Positions 1 through 11,075 of a DNA stretch of 64,000 bases are shown here, piece after piece. The position numbers and the translations under genes are program-made. This stretch comes from Polaribacter sp. (GTDB lineage Bacteria; Bacteroidota; Bacteroidia; Flavobacteriales; Flavobacteriaceae), in NCBI GenBank assembly GCA_028336245.1, contig JAOKTT010000004.1, forward strand, positions 962 to 64,961. Reading direction: 5' to 3'. The notes under the pieces were generated by a model that worked only from the letters and a program-made list of their open reading frames with translations, ran no database searches and was not told where the DNA came from. Within the stretch, counting starts at the first letter, position 1, and every line of letters begins with the position of its first letter.

Positions 1-1
1 G

Positions 2-1072
2 AAAGGCTTGCGTCTAGGCGGGAGTTCAGAAGTCTATGAAGACAATGGCTCTTATGTAGGAGATCTTTCTGCAATTATTATTGAAAACATGCCTTTTTGG
101 GCAGATTATAGTTCTGCTCCTGCGCAAGAAGTAGCCTTAATGAGCGATTGGGAAATTAAAATGGACGCTATTATTGATGAAACTCTCCATGAAAACATCA
201 CAAGCTTGGCGGGAGTGCCAAGTTGGATGCTTGTGTTACTAAACAGAGTCCTAGAGCGCACTGGAAAGGACAATATTATAGAAGTTTGGCCGAACCTCGA
301 AGTCTACTTTCATGGAGGTGTGAATTTTAATCCCTACCGAGAGCAATATAAAAAAATGATTCCGAAAGCTGATTTCAAATACTACGAAATCTACAATGCA
401 TCTGAAGGTTTTTTTGCAATACAAGACATCAATGGTTCTAAAGAACTACTGCTCATGTTAGATTATGGGATTTTTTATGAGTTTATTCCCATGACCCTTT
501 ATAAAGGAGAAAATTCTACCACCATTCCTTTGTCTAAAGTAAAAAAGGATATTGATTATGCTTTAATTATCACTACAAATAGTGGTTTGTGGCGTTATTT
601 AATTGGAGACACCATACGATTTACCTCCTTAGATCCTTACCGAATTAAAATTACAGGACGAACGAAGCATTATATAAATGTTTTTGGTGAAGAACTCAAT
701 ATCGAAAATGTAGAAGATGCCTTAAAAATTGCTTGTGAAAAAACAGGTGCTGCAATTTTAGATTATACCGTAGGTCCTATCTTTATGGAAGGGAAAGAAA
801 AAGGCGGACACGAATGGATGATTGAATTTAGTAAAATACCAGATACTTTGAAAACCTTTTCTGTATTTTTAGATACTGCTCTAAAGGAGATTAATTCAGA
901 TTATGAAGCCAAGCGAAATTTAAACATTACACTAATGCCACCAAAAGTGCACCAGGCAAAAAAAGGATTATTTTACAGTTGGTTAAAGAAAAAAAGTAAA
1001 TTAGGAGGCCAACACAAAGTACCAAGGTTGTCTAATTCAAGAGCATTTATAGAAGAACTCTTAGCATTGTAA
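2..1072 (+). CDS. GH3 auxin-responsive promoter family protein (5' truncated by window edge)
   Basis: Frame open from window start (KGLRLGGS...); GH3-like motifs LAGVPSW, YNASEGFF, GLWRYLIGD, GGQHKVPRL. Confidence 0.85.
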   Translation, partial: KGLRLGGSSEVYEDNGSYVGDLSAIIIENMPFWADYSSAPAQEVALMSDWEIKMDAIIDETLHENITSLAGVPSWMLVLLNRVLERTGKDNIIEVWPNLEVYFHGGVNFNPYREQYKKMIPKADFKYYEIYNASEGFFAIQDINGSKELLLMLDYGIFYEFIPMTLYKGENSTTIPLSKVKKDIDYALIITTNSGLWRYLIGDTIRFTSLDPYRIKITGRTKHYINVFGEELNIENVEDALKIACEKTGAAILDYTVGPIFMEGKEKGGHEWMIEFSKIPDTLKTFSVFLDTALKEINSDYEAKRNLNITLMPPKVHQAKKGLFYSWLKKKSKLGGQHKVPRLSNSRAFIEELLAL

Positions 1073-1115
1073 TTGTAGTATTAGAAAAGGTACTACTCAG
1101 TTTCCTAAAACAGTG

Positions 1116-2093
1116 CTAAATCTTGCGAGCGACAACATAATCAATCATCGTTTCCAACGATTTTTTATACTCGGAATCTGGGAAGTCTTGCAGTAATGCC
1201 AAAGCCTTATGTTTATACCCGTTCATTTTGGCCGTTGCATAGGCAATTCCGCCATGATTCTTAACAAACTCAATTACTTCTTTCACTCGTTTTTTATCTT
1301 TATTGTGCTTTTTAATAGAGTTGATCAACCAGGCTTTTTCCTTTTTCGAACAGGTATTCAAGGCGTGAATTAATGGCAACGTCATTTTTTGCTCTTTGAT
1401 ATCGATACCTGTTGGTTTGCCTATTTTGGCCTCGGAGTAATCAAATAAATCATCTTTAATTTGAAAAGCTATACCAATATACTCTCCAAATTTACGCATT
1501 TTACGGATGCAGTCTTGATTTGCCCCAACAGAAGCAGCTCCAATTCCGCAACAAGCCGCTATTAATGTTGCCGTTTTTTTTCTGATGATATCAAAATATA
1601 TAGCCTCTGTAATGTCTAATTTTCTCGCTTTTTCTATCTGTAGTAACTCGCCTTCACTCATTTCACGAACAGCTACAGAAATTAATTTCAATAAATCAAA
1701 ATCATTATTATCAATAGATAATAATAAGCCTTTAGACAATAGAAAATCGCCTACTAAAACCGCAATTTTATTTTTCCAAAGTGCATTTACAGAAAAAAAA
1801 CTTCGTCGCATATTGCTATCATCCACAATATCATCATGCACCAAAGTTGCTGTATGAATAAGCTCTACTACCGCAGCACCTCTATATGTTCGCTCATCAA
1901 AACCACCATTAGAAACCATTTTTGCGACTAAGAAAACAAACATCGGACGCATTTGTTTTCCTTTTCTACGGACAATATAATAGGTAATTCTATTAAGAAG
2001 CGGGACTTTTGAAAGCATGGAATCCTTGAATTTCTCTTCAAAGAGTTCCATCTCATTTTTTATGGGAAGTTTTATAAGTTCTACTGGTTTCAT
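1116..2093 (-). CDS. ispB: Polyprenyl (octaprenyl-type) diphosphate synthase
   Basis: GKQMRP, LVHDDIVD (first Asp-rich motif), FQIKDD (second motif), GKPTGIDIKE. Confidence 0.88.
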   Translation of the reverse strand: MKPVELIKLPIKNEMELFEEKFKDSMLSKVPLLNRITYYIVRRKGKQMRPMFVFLVAKMVSNGGFDERTYRGAAVVELIHTATLVHDDIVDDSNMRRSFFSVNALWKNKIAVLVGDFLLSKGLLLSIDNNDFDLLKLISVAVREMSEGELLQIEKARKLDITEAIYFDIIRKKTATLIAACCGIGAASVGANQDCIRKMRKFGEYIGIAFQIKDDLFDYSEAKIGKPTGIDIKEQKMTLPLIHALNTCSKKEKAWLINSIKKHNKDKKRVKEVIEFVKNHGGIAYATAKMNGYKHKALALLQDFPDSEYKKSLETMIDYVVARKI

Positions 2094-2354
2094 AGAATTA
2101 CAAAGGTATGGGTATTTTCCAATTTTTAAAAGACGTTATGGTTATATTTATTTAAAAAAAAAGGTTGAACACATTAAAAACAAAGAATAACAATGTAAAA
2201 AATACAATTAACATATTCACAAATAAAAGTGTAAATACACCATAATAAACATAATAAAAACACCAAAAAAGTAAATTAATTACAACTAATTTTGGTATTT
2301 AGTTAAATTAGTGTAAATTTAATATTAATATTAATCATTTAAATATTTCATACT

Positions 2355-3447
2355 ATGAAAAAAATTACTTTACTTTTTTTTATTTTTAACCCTCACGTTT
2401 TCTGTGAGAGCGCAGTTTCCTGAAGATTTTGCTAATGGTTTTCCTGCTGATTGGACCACGTTTATAGGTGTTAATGGACTAGGTACAGCGCAAAACTGGA
2501 GTATAGGTGGAACTACAGATCCTTATATGCGATGTGCTGATGAAGATGCAGGTGGTGTCACAGAAGACTGGCTTGTAAGTCCGATTACAAGTATTACAGC
2601 TACTAACTCATCATTGAGCTTCTATGAGCAAACATTATATACTGCTGTGCCATATGAGCCAGCAACCATGAGTGTTAGAGTATCTACAACCTCTCAAACC
2701 GATATCAGTTCGTTTACTTCGTTAAGCTCATTATCGGCTACAGAAGTATTTAATGGATCAAAGTCAAGAACTGTTGATTTAGCAGCTTATGAAGGTCAGG
2801 ACATCTATATTGCTTGGGTTTTAGAACAAAATTATGGGGACGGTTGGCTTGTTGACGATTTCTCTTTAAATAACCAAAATGCTACTGCACCAAATGTTGC
2901 TGAAAATTTAGCTCCTGCAGACGGTGCAACAGATGTTGCAGTTGCCGCTAGCAATATGGCAGTTGCTATTAGCTGGGACGCGCCTTCTACAGGTGATCCA
3001 GCAACAGGATATGAAATTCACTGGGGATCTGTTTCAGGAGCCTTGAACGTTTTAGGAACTACTGCATCAACAGCAATAAATGTTACCGGTACTTCTTACA
3101 ACACCACAATTTACTGGAAGATTGTTCCAGTAAATGCAGGAGGCGCAGCTACAGGAGCAGTAGAAATGAGTTTTACGACCATGGCAGACCCAAGTTTATC
3201 CACTGATAAAAATGCAATTGAAGGGTTTAAATTATTCCCTACAGTTGTGCAAAAGGAATTGAATTATACCTCTACAGATAAGGTTGAAGTAATTACTATA
3301 TTTAATATCCTAGGACAAAAAGTGTATACAAGTACTCCAGATGCAAAAAATGCATCTGTAGATATTAGTGCATTACAATCTGGCGTATATAGCGTTCAAG
3401 TGAAGGTGGCCGGTGCTTCTGGATCTTATAAGATTATTAAGGAATAA
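2355..3447 (+). CDS. T9SS type A sorting-domain protein (choice-of-anchor J/cleaved-adhesin-like domain + FN3-like domain + CTD); signal peptide frameshifted at T8 tract 2374-2381
   Basis: ORF 2404-3447 has EDWLVSP...IYIAW...WLVDDF, an FN3-like ISWDAP...YWKIVPVN segment and a CTD (LFPTVV...IFNILGQKV...LQSGVY...KIIKE). ATG 2355 (MKKITLLF) joins this frame if one T is removed. Confidence 0.8.
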
Positions 3448-3469
3448 AAACTACTTTTTACTTTTTTAT

Positions 3470-3502
3470 AAAACGCAAACCTCACGGTTTGCGTTTTTTT
3501 TT
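3470..3502 (+). terminator. Intrinsic terminator after T9SS cargo gene
   Basis: AAAACGCAAACC-TCAC-GGTTTGCGTTTT hairpin followed by a T-run. Confidence 0.85.
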
Positions 3503-3659
3503 ACGTTTTTTAGAAAGAAATAAATCCTCTTTTAGAAAATTTGTACCACGCTTGAAAAACACATACTTAAGCCTTAAGATCATAAATACCGCACACTTTT
3601 TTTAAAATTATAAAAGAATAGCCACTGGCAAGCATTTTACATTTTTACAAGACTAAAAA

Positions 3660-3698
3660 AAATCCAAAGGAAGAAATACTGTGTTCTTCTTTGGATTT
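3660..3698 (-). terminator. Probable terminator after rlmN
   Basis: AAATCCAAAGGAAGAA...TTCTTCTTTGGATTT inverted repeat with A-run on the low-coordinate side. Confidence 0.6.
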
Positions 3699-3721
3699 AT
3701 TCATTTAAAAACTGAAAAAAG

Positions 3722-4759
3722 TTAACTCTTATTTGCCAACTGCCCACAAGCGGCATCAATGTCTTTACCTCTACTTCTTCTTACATTCACAGTAATATCA
3801 TGCATTTCTAAATTAGAGATGTAGTTGTTTATTGCAGAAGAATGTGCTTGCTGAAACGCACCATCATCAATAGGATTGTATTCTATTAAATTAATCTTAC
3901 AAGGCACTGCCTTACAAAATGCTACCAAAGCCTTTATATCTTCATTTTTATCGTTAATACCATCCCAAACGATGTATTCATAGGTAATTGCTCTTCCTGT
4001 TTTTTCATACCAATATATTAAAGATTCTTTCAAATCTTTAAGTGGAAAAGTGGCATTAAAGGGCATTATCGATGTCCTAACTTCATCTATTGCAGAATGC
4101 AAAGAAACAGCTAGATTAAATTTCACTTCTTCGTCTGCCATCATTTTAATCATTTTTGGCACGCCAGAAGTAGACACTGTAATTCTTTTTGAAGACATTC
4201 CTAGGCCTTCAGGAGAGGTTATCATTTCTATCGATTTCATCATGTTTTTATAATTCATTAAGGGTTCTCCCATGCCCATAAAAACAATGTTTGACAATTT
4301 ATGATTGAAATACAACCGACTTTGTTTGTCGATAACCACCACCTGGTCATAAATTTCATCTGGATTTAGATTCCGCATTCTTTTTAAGCGAGATGTTGCA
4401 CAGAATTTACAATCTAAGCTACAACCAACCTGACTAGAAACACAGGCTGTTGTGCGTTTTTCGGTAGGAATTAAAACAGATTCGACAATTAAACCGTCAT
4501 GCAATTTAATTCCGTTTTTAATAGTTCCATCCTTACTTTTTTGCATGGAATCTACCTTTATATGATTGATCACGAAATTGGCTGCTAACATTTCTCTTGT
4601 CTCCTTAGAAATATTTGTCATCGCATCAAATGTATGTAAAGACTTACTCCAAAGCCATTCGTAAACCTGATTCCCACGAAAAGCTTGATCGTTGTTTTCA
4701 ACAAAGAAAAACCGTAATTCCTCTTTTGTTAATGCCCTGATGTCTTTCTTTTTGTTCAA
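3722..4759 (-). CDS. rlmN: Dual-specificity 23S rRNA/tRNA m2A methyltransferase RlmN
   Basis: CVSSQVGCSLDCKFC radical-SAM motif, FMGMGEP, IDAACGQL. TTG at 4759 preferred over ORF-track start 4831. Confidence 0.93.
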   Translation of the reverse strand: MNKKKDIRALTKEELRFFFVENNDQAFRGNQVYEWLWSKSLHTFDAMTNISKETREMLAANFVINHIKVDSMQKSKDGTIKNGIKLHDGLIVESVLIPTEKRTTACVSSQVGCSLDCKFCATSRLKRMRNLNPDEIYDQVVVIDKQSRLYFNHKLSNIVFMGMGEPLMNYKNMMKSIEMITSPEGLGMSSKRITVSTSGVPKMIKMMADEEVKFNLAVSLHSAIDEVRTSIMPFNATFPLKDLKESLIYWYEKTGRAITYEYIVWDGINDKNEDIKALVAFCKAVPCKINLIEYNPIDDGAFQQAHSSAINNYISNLEMHDITVNVRRSRGKDIDAACGQLANKS

Positions 4760-4820
4760 AATAGAATACTTTAAAGATAAAATGATTTGAATTAAAATCC
4801 ACTGCAAAAATATGCATAAA

Positions 4821-4850
4821 AAAACTGACACTTAATTCAAGTGCCAGTTT
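4821..4850 (-). terminator. Probable terminator after queA
   Basis: AAAACTGACACTT-AATTC-AAGTGCCAGTTTT hairpin; T-run follows on minus strand. Confidence 0.6.
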
Positions 4851-4872
4851 TAATCTTTGCATTTTTTAATAC

Positions 4873-5922
4873 TTATATAATTAACATAGCATCTCCATAT
4901 GTAGAGAATTTATATCCCTCTTTAATGGCTACCTTGTAAGCTTCCATAATAAAGTCATATCCTCCAAAAGCAGCTGCCTGCATAAGTAAGGTAGATTTTG
5001 GTGGATGAAAATTAGTAATCATAGCATTGGCAATGCTAAACTCATGCGGAGGAAAAAGAAACTTGTTCGTCCAACCTTCAAATGCATTTAATTCTTGTTT
5101 CGAAGAAACAGAAGACTCTACAGTTCTCATTACCGTAGTTCCTACCGCGCAAATTCTCCTTTTTTCTTTTTTTGCTTTGTTAATCATTGCAGCTGTTTTC
5201 TCAGGAATCACAATCTGCTCAGAATCCATTTTATGTTTTGACAAATCTTCTACTTCTACGGCACTAAAAGTTCCCAAACCAACATGCAGTGTCATTTTTG
5301 CAAAATCCACTCCTTTGATTTCCAAACGTTTTAATAGGTGTTTCGAAAAGTGTAAACCCGCACTTGGCGCAGCTACAGCTCCTTCATTTTTAGCAAAAAT
5401 AGTTTGATATCTTTCTGTATCCAGCGGCTCTACCTCTCTCGCAATCGCTTTTGGCAAGGGTGTCTGTCCAAGTTCTAGCAATTTCGCTCTAAATTCTTCA
5501 TAAGAACCATCGAATAAAAAACGTAAAGTCCTTCCTCTAGAAGTTGTATTGTCAATAACCTCTGCAACTAAGCTATCATCTTCTCCAAAAAACAACTTGT
5601 TTCCAATCCTAATTTTTCTTGCTGGATCTACTAAGACATCCCACAATCTATTTTCTGCATTTAGTTCTCTTAATAAGAACACTTCAATCCTAGCTCCCGT
5701 TTTTTCCTTATTTCCAAACATTCTCGCAGGAAAAACCTTGGTATCATTCATCATGAGTACATCTCCCTCGTCAAAATAACTAATTACATCTTTAAATTGC
5801 TTGTGTTCTATAGTTCCTGCTGCTTTATTCAATACCATTAAACGAGACTCATCTCGGTGCTCAGCAGGGTAGATTGCTAATAATTCTTCTGGTAATTCAA
5901 ATTCAAAATGCGATAATTTCAT
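4873..5922 (-). CDS. queA: S-adenosylmethionine:tRNA ribosyltransferase-isomerase
   Basis: [50 protein letters not shown]. Confidence 0.95.
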   Translation of the reverse strand: MKLSHFEFELPEELLAIYPAEHRDESRLMVLNKAAGTIEHKQFKDVISYFDEGDVLMMNDTKVFPARMFGNKEKTGARIEVFLLRELNAENRLWDVLVDPARKIRIGNKLFFGEDDSLVAEVIDNTTSRGRTLRFLFDGSYEEFRAKLLELGQTPLPKAIAREVEPLDTERYQTIFAKNEGAVAAPSAGLHFSKHLLKRLEIKGVDFAKMTLHVGLGTFSAVEVEDLSKHKMDSEQIVIPEKTAAMINKAKKEKRRICAVGTTVMRTVESSVSSKQELNAFEGWTNKFLFPPHEFSIANAMITNFHPPKSTLLMQAAAFGGYDFIMEAYKVAIKEGYKFSTYGDAMLII

Positions 5923-5994
5923 ATGTTTATATCTTATAAAAGATGCAAAGATACGATATCGGAATAGGCGTTGTCAAGTGTTTCGCCTTTTAAT

Positions 5995-7224
5995 TTATAC
6001 TTCTTCTATTTGTAGGCCAACTTGTTGCAGGTCTTCCCAAAATTTTTGGAACGATTTTGTCACAACTTCTGCATTTAAAATCTTTACCGGTACTTTTAAT
6101 GCTAGCGGCGCAAATGCCATGGCCATCCGATGGTCATTGTATGTTTTAATCGCAATATTTTCCTTGATCTCTGCAGAGCGCTCTAAATGCAAACTTTCAT
6201 TGGTCACGTGTATGACAGCTCCTAATTTGGTTAATTCGGCTTTCAAAGCTTCTAAACGGTCTGTTTCTTTAATTTTTAAAGTATGTAGTCCAAATAGATT
6301 GCAAGAAACTCCTTCAGAAAAACAAGTTACTGCAATTGTTTGAGCAATGTCTGGAGCATTCTTAAGATCTATTTCTAAGGTTTCCAGCCGGGACTTTTGC
6401 TCTTTTTTCAAGATGATAAAATCTTCTCCAAAAAAAGTTGTGACTCCAAAATGTGTATATATTTTAGCCAAACATGAGTCTCCTTGCAGGCTGTCTTTTT
6501 TGTAGGCTGACAATTTAATTTCAGCACCTATTTCTGCCGAAGCAATCAGTGCATAAAAATAACTCGCCGAAGACCAGTCAGATTCTACCACAACGGTTTG
6601 CTTTTCTATTGCTTTTTTTGGCAATACCGTAATTTTGCTCCCTACAAAACTGGCTTCAATTCTAAGCTGCCGCAATAAGCTTAGCGTCATGTTGATATAG
6701 GGAATTGACGTGATTTTACCCAGCAACTCTATTTCTAAACCATTTTCTAATTTGGCGGCAATTAATAGCAACGAAGAAATATATTGACTGCTTACATTTC
6801 CATTAATCCGTACCTTCGTTTTTGTAATTTTTGTCCCTTTTATCCGAATTGGTGGATACCCAACTTTGGCTTCATATGAAATTTCTGCACCTAAATCTTT
6901 CAGGGCATTTACCAAAATTTCAATGGGTCTGTTTTGCATTCTTTCAGAACCTGTAAGTACAACTTCCCTGCCCGTTTTGGTTGCAAAATAAGAAGTTAAA
7001 AAGCGCATTGCAGTGCCTGCATGGCCAATATCAATAATTTCGTTTTGTGAAGAAAGTGCATGCTGCATGTGCAAGGCGTCATCTGAATCTGATAGGTTAT
7101 CGATTGTAATCTCTGAAAATAAATTCTGTAAAATTAACAATCGATTTGATTCGCTTTTAGATCCGGAAATTGTAATCTCTTCGTTTATTTTTGTATTCTC
7201 CAACGCATGCAACAATATGTCCAT
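5995..7224 (-). CDS. aroA: 3-phosphoshikimate 1-carboxyvinyltransferase (EPSP synthase)
   Basis: GSKSESNR, AGTAMRF, SSQYISSLL, KETDRL, DHRMAMAF. Confidence 0.95.
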   Translation of the reverse strand: MDILLHALENTKINEEITISGSKSESNRLLILQNLFSEITIDNLSDSDDALHMQHALSSQNEIIDIGHAGTAMRFLTSYFATKTGREVVLTGSERMQNRPIEILVNALKDLGAEISYEAKVGYPPIRIKGTKITKTKVRINGNVSSQYISSLLLIAAKLENGLEIELLGKITSIPYINMTLSLLRQLRIEASFVGSKITVLPKKAIEKQTVVVESDWSSASYFYALIASAEIGAEIKLSAYKKDSLQGDSCLAKIYTHFGVTTFFGEDFIILKKEQKSRLETLEIDLKNAPDIAQTIAVTCFSEGVSCNLFGLHTLKIKETDRLEALKAELTKLGAVIHVTNESLHLERSAEIKENIAIKTYNDHRMAMAFAPLALKVPVKILNAEVVTKSFQKFWEDLQQVGLQIEEV

Positions 7225-7458
7225 TCCAAAAACTGATTTATTTTTATATTTAAATTTTCCAAATAGCAGAAGACCTTTTAAAAAAATATCTTTTTTATAC
7301 TTGCTTACTGCTTCTTATAAAAACCAAAGTTAGTGCACAAAAAAATAATACCAAAGTTTACAGGGAACATTTTAAACCAAAAAAATTGCAATCTGCAGTG
7401 AATCTTTATTTTCTTTGAACCAACACCTTTTTTTTTATCTCCTAGTAAAGGCTTGGCG

Positions 7459-7707
7459 CTATTTCATTTTTTTATTGGTAACATAGATGCCATAAAAAGC
7501 ACTTAAAAAAACCTTTAATCCCCAGAAGTTTAGCCATTTTCCGTCACTAAAATTCACTTCATTTACGCGGCCAAAGTCTCCTGCAAAAATAGCTTCCCAA
7601 CTATTCATAAGTAATGAGATTAGGGTCACCATGATAAAAAATGGAATGGCAACTTTTGATACGTTATTCCAAAAAGGGGCTTGTTTTATTTTTTCTAAAA
7701 ACTTCAT
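7459..7707 (-). CDS. Small hypothetical membrane protein (2 TM)
   Basis: 82 aa, two hydrophobic segments, abuts the upstream MazG-like gene. Confidence 0.7.
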   Translation of the reverse strand: MKFLEKIKQAPFWNNVSKVAIPFFIMVTLISLLMNSWEAIFAGDFGRVNEVNFSDGKWLNFWGLKVFLSAFYGIYVTNKKMK

Positions 7708-8034
7708 TTATTTTAATTTTTGATTGTTATGATGGCGATCGTGATCGCGTTTTGTCTTTAGCTCTAACTTCTTCTCAAAAGCGTCTTGTAAATTAACACC
7801 AGTTTGATTAGCTAAGCACAACACCACAAATAGTACGTCTGCCAACTCTTCCCCTAAGTCTTTATTTTTGTCGGACTCTTTTTCACTTTGCTCACCATAA
7901 CGTCTGGCAATAATTCGGGCAACTTCACCGACTTCCTCTGTCAATTGCGCCATGTTTGTAAGTTCATTAAAATAGCGCACACCGTGCTCTTTAATCCAAT
8001 CGTCTACTTGTTTTTGAGCATTTTCTATGTTCAT
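7708..8034 (-). CDS. MazG-like nucleotide pyrophosphohydrolase
   Basis: LTEEVGEVAR...LGEELADVLF (ExxE...ExxD). Confidence 0.88.
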   Translation of the reverse strand: MNIENAQKQVDDWIKEHGVRYFNELTNMAQLTEEVGEVARIIARRYGEQSEKESDKNKDLGEELADVLFVVLCLANQTGVNLQDAFEKKLELKTKRDHDRHHNNQKLK

Positions 8035-8177
8035 ATTTCTTTTATTAAAAGATTAACTCTAAAAAATCAAAGATAGTTTTTCTAATATAATTTGGTTTGT
8101 TTGTATCTTTTAAAAACAATAAGCAGATACTTTAGAGTCCTAATCACCTGTCTTTAGGGCAACCAACAAACTATAAA

Positions 8178-8732
8178 TTACCTCCATTTAATTCCACAAC
8201 CTACACTAGGCTTTTGATTCTCTATGCCCGCTTTACTTTCCAACAAATGATCCAAAGCGTTTCGAATATCTTTTCCGGTTACTGGTTTCCCATTTCCAGG
8301 TCTGGAAGCATCTAGTTGTCCGTGGTACACCGCTTTTAAAGCGGCATCAAAAACATAGAAGTCAGGGGTGCAAGCAGCAGCATATACTTTTGCGACTTCC
8401 TGCGTTTCATCAAATAAATAAGGAAAAGGATACTTTAAATCTTGTGCAACTTGCTTCATGAATTTAGGACCATCTTGCGGGTAATTAGTAACCTCATTAG
8501 AACTTATGGCTATAAAATGAATACCTTTTGCTCGGTATTCATTTGCCATTTTTATCAATTCAGTATTTACGTGAATTACAAACGGGCAATGATTACAAAT
8601 AAACATAAGTACCGTTCCTTTTTCACCTTTTGCAGCTGTTAAAGAGAGCATTTTATTATTTACTGTATTTATTAAAGAAAAGTCTGGTGCTTTTTTTCCT
8701 ATTGTGAATTCGTTTGATTCCGTTAGTGCCAT
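8178..8732 (-). CDS. Thioredoxin-fold AhpC/TSA-like redoxin
   Basis: FICNHCPFV, AACTPDF, YHGQLD, PSVGCGIKW. Confidence 0.88.
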   Translation of the reverse strand: MALTESNEFTIGKKAPDFSLINTVNNKMLSLTAAKGEKGTVLMFICNHCPFVIHVNTELIKMANEYRAKGIHFIAISSNEVTNYPQDGPKFMKQVAQDLKYPFPYLFDETQEVAKVYAAACTPDFYVFDAALKAVYHGQLDASRPGNGKPVTGKDIRNALDHLLESKAGIENQKPSVGCGIKWR

Positions 8733-8855
8733 AATTTTATCTTTATCAATTTTATTAAATCCTATACTTCTAAAATAATCAGAATGAAGGCTTTAGGGCT
8801 CTGCATTTATTTTAAATTCTTCATCGTATGCACTCTAAATAGTCCGCTTAAAAAT

Positions 8856-10070
8856 TTAAACTTCTTCCGCCAAAGCCTTTGCACAAATATAGCCACCGGT
8901 CCAAGCATTCTGAAAGTTAAAACCTCCAGTAACCGCATCAATGTTTAAAACTTCACCAACAAAAAAGAGGTCATTGTGTTTTTTGCTTTCAAAACGTTTG
9001 AAATTAATTTCTTTTAAATCTACTCCACCAGCAGTTACAAATTCGTCTTTAAAAGTAGTCCTACCGTTTGCATTGTATCTACCTTTTGTCAGTTCATTTG
9101 CTAATTTTTCTAATTGACCACTGTTTAAATCTGCCCAATTTTGCGTTTTCGAAATATCTGAAAACAACACAAAACGCTCCCACAACCTTCTAGAAACTTC
9201 CTTAAAAGGAGATTTTAAAATGACTGTTTTACGAGGTTCTTTCTTTTTCAAGTTTAAAAGGACATTCAACACCTTATCTGTTGGTCTTGACAGCCAGTTT
9301 ACCTCCACATTGTATTGGTAATTTTTATCAGCTAAAATTCGCGCACCAAAGGCAGATAGTTTCAATACTGCAGGTCCACTCATACCCCAATGTGTAATTA
9401 ATAAAGGTCCAGATGCTTCTAATTTTGTTCCTACAACCTTTACCGTTGCATTTGGAACCGAAATTCCTAACAAATCAACCAATCTTTTGTCATTGATATT
9501 GAAAGTAAACAGAGAGGGCACTGGTGCAATAACGGCATGATCTAAGGTTGCACATAACTCCCAAATTTTTTTAGAACTCCCTGCCGCAATTACTAATTTA
9601 TCAGCTTCAAAAACCTGTTCTTTTGTGTGCAACAACCACTTTCCATCTTGACGGTTTACGGAGTTTACTCCATGATTTGTTAATACTTTAATACCCAAGG
9701 CATCCACTGCTTTCTGGAAGCAGTCTACAATTGCCTGACTAGTGTTGGCCTCTGGAAAAACACGATTGTCACCTTCAATTTTCAAGGGAACTCCGCGATC
9801 ATCAAACCATTCAAAAGTATCGCCAGTCATAAATTGATGGAAAGGACCTAACAACTCTTTCTCTCCCCTTGGATAGAATTTCACCAATTCTTTTGGTTCA
9901 AAGCAGGCGTGTGTTACATTGCATCTACCTCCGCCAGAAATTCTTACTTTCTGCAATACCTCTTTTCCTTTTTCAAGAATTGTAATGTCTAATTCCGGAT
10001 TTCTTTCTTTTGCATTGATTGCCGTAAAATATCCCGCTGCTCCTCCTCCAATAATTACTATTTTATTCAT
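8856..10070 (-). CDS. HI0933/YhiN(BaiN)-family flavoprotein
   Basis: GGGAAG, SGGGRCNVT, LITHWGMSGP, VTAGGV, TGGFNFQNAW. Confidence 0.9.
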   Translation of the reverse strand: MNKIVIIGGGAAGYFTAINAKERNPELDITILEKGKEVLQKVRISGGGRCNVTHACFEPKELVKFYPRGEKELLGPFHQFMTGDTFEWFDDRGVPLKIEGDNRVFPEANTSQAIVDCFQKAVDALGIKVLTNHGVNSVNRQDGKWLLHTKEQVFEADKLVIAAGSSKKIWELCATLDHAVIAPVPSLFTFNINDKRLVDLLGISVPNATVKVVGTKLEASGPLLITHWGMSGPAVLKLSAFGARILADKNYQYNVEVNWLSRPTDKVLNVLLNLKKKEPRKTVILKSPFKEVSRRLWERFVLFSDISKTQNWADLNSGQLEKLANELTKGRYNANGRTTFKDEFVTAGGVDLKEINFKRFESKKHNDLFFVGEVLNIDAVTGGFNFQNAWTGGYICAKALAEEV

Positions 10071-10112
10071 TTTTTATATTTTAGAGTTCATAGTCTATGC
10101 GCTCTTGTAAGT

Positions 10113-11039
10113 TTATAAAATCATTTCTGAGTACTGCAGGAGTGTGTCAAATCCCTTCTTCTTAAAATACGCTGGCGTTTCATCATTTCCTGTAACCATT
10201 GCAAAGTCACCACCCCAAGCACCCAAACTTTTTACTTCTCCAAAATAATCAGAAAATAAATTTTCTTTCACAGGCTTTAGATTGATAATTGAGCTAATTA
10301 TGTGCTCGTGCTCTACAATCAACTTGTTGAAATCGATAATTGAAGTTGCCTTTAAAAATGCGTCAGAAATTCCCGAAATAGCGGTTATTTCTTTCTGAAA
10401 AGAAACACTACTTTTCCGAAACTTTGCAATCCCTTCTTTAGAATCCTGTTTGTGATTCAAATGCACAAAAAACAACTGCTCTTTAAAAATAGGATTGAAA
10501 ATCACATTTTCTACTACGGGTTTTGCTCCTTTAATTTTATAAAATATTGGCGTGTTATTTTGTGCACAAGCAATATCATATCCACTTCCTTTAAAGGAAT
10601 TCCATAATAATTGAAATGCATCTACTTTTGCCCAACTCGCAATCGAATTTATCAACGTGGAAGAACTCCCTAACCCCCAATTTCTTGGAAATGTAAGGTT
10701 CGTTTTTACCACAAATCCACTTTCTGAATTTAAAAAATTTGGATTGACTCTTTTTGCTTCTTGTAATACACTTAACAACGTTTCTGCAATCACTTCTGCA
10801 CTTCCTTCTTTATTAGATTTAAAAGCGCAATTCACCAAACGTAATTTTGGTAAATCGAAAACTGCTTCAAACCAGCATTCTCCAGAATGTGTAAAACTAC
10901 CCCAAATTAATTGGGGTTCTTTGATTTTTTCAACGGTTAAATTTTGCCCAAATTTGGTTGGCAACGCCAAAGATTTTGCACCATCAAGGACTAGGTATTC
11001 CCCCGTTAATAAAAGTTTTCCGTTGGAATAATAATTCAT
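10113..11039 (-). CDS. GYDIA-type GHMP kinase
   Basis: GKLLLTGEY, WGLGSSS, GSGYDIACA, KSLGAWGGDF. Confidence 0.88.
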   Translation of the reverse strand: MNYYSNGKLLLTGEYLVLDGAKSLALPTKFGQNLTVEKIKEPQLIWGSFTHSGECWFEAVFDLPKLRLVNCAFKSNKEGSAEVIAETLLSVLQEAKRVNPNFLNSESGFVVKTNLTFPRNWGLGSSSTLINSIASWAKVDAFQLLWNSFKGSGYDIACAQNNTPIFYKIKGAKPVVENVIFNPIFKEQLFFVHLNHKQDSKEGIAKFRKSSVSFQKEITAISGISDAFLKATSIIDFNKLIVEHEHIISSIINLKPVKENLFSDYFGEVKSLGAWGGDFAMVTGNDETPAYFKKKGFDTLLQYSEMIL

Positions 11040-11075
11040 TAATTTACAGGTCTTATGATTGTAGATTTTATTTAA

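Noticed and set aside
2100-2354. Very AT-rich intergenic region with weak inverted repeats between ispB and the T9SS gene
   Set aside because: Low-complexity A/T matches consistent with ordinary divergent promoters; no discrete element can be defined.
7459-8034. MazG-like gene plus small membrane protein as a possible anti-phage or toxin-antitoxin module
   Set aside because: Sits in core context upstream of aroA and looks like the housekeeping single-domain pyrophosphohydrolase; no defence-associated neighbours.
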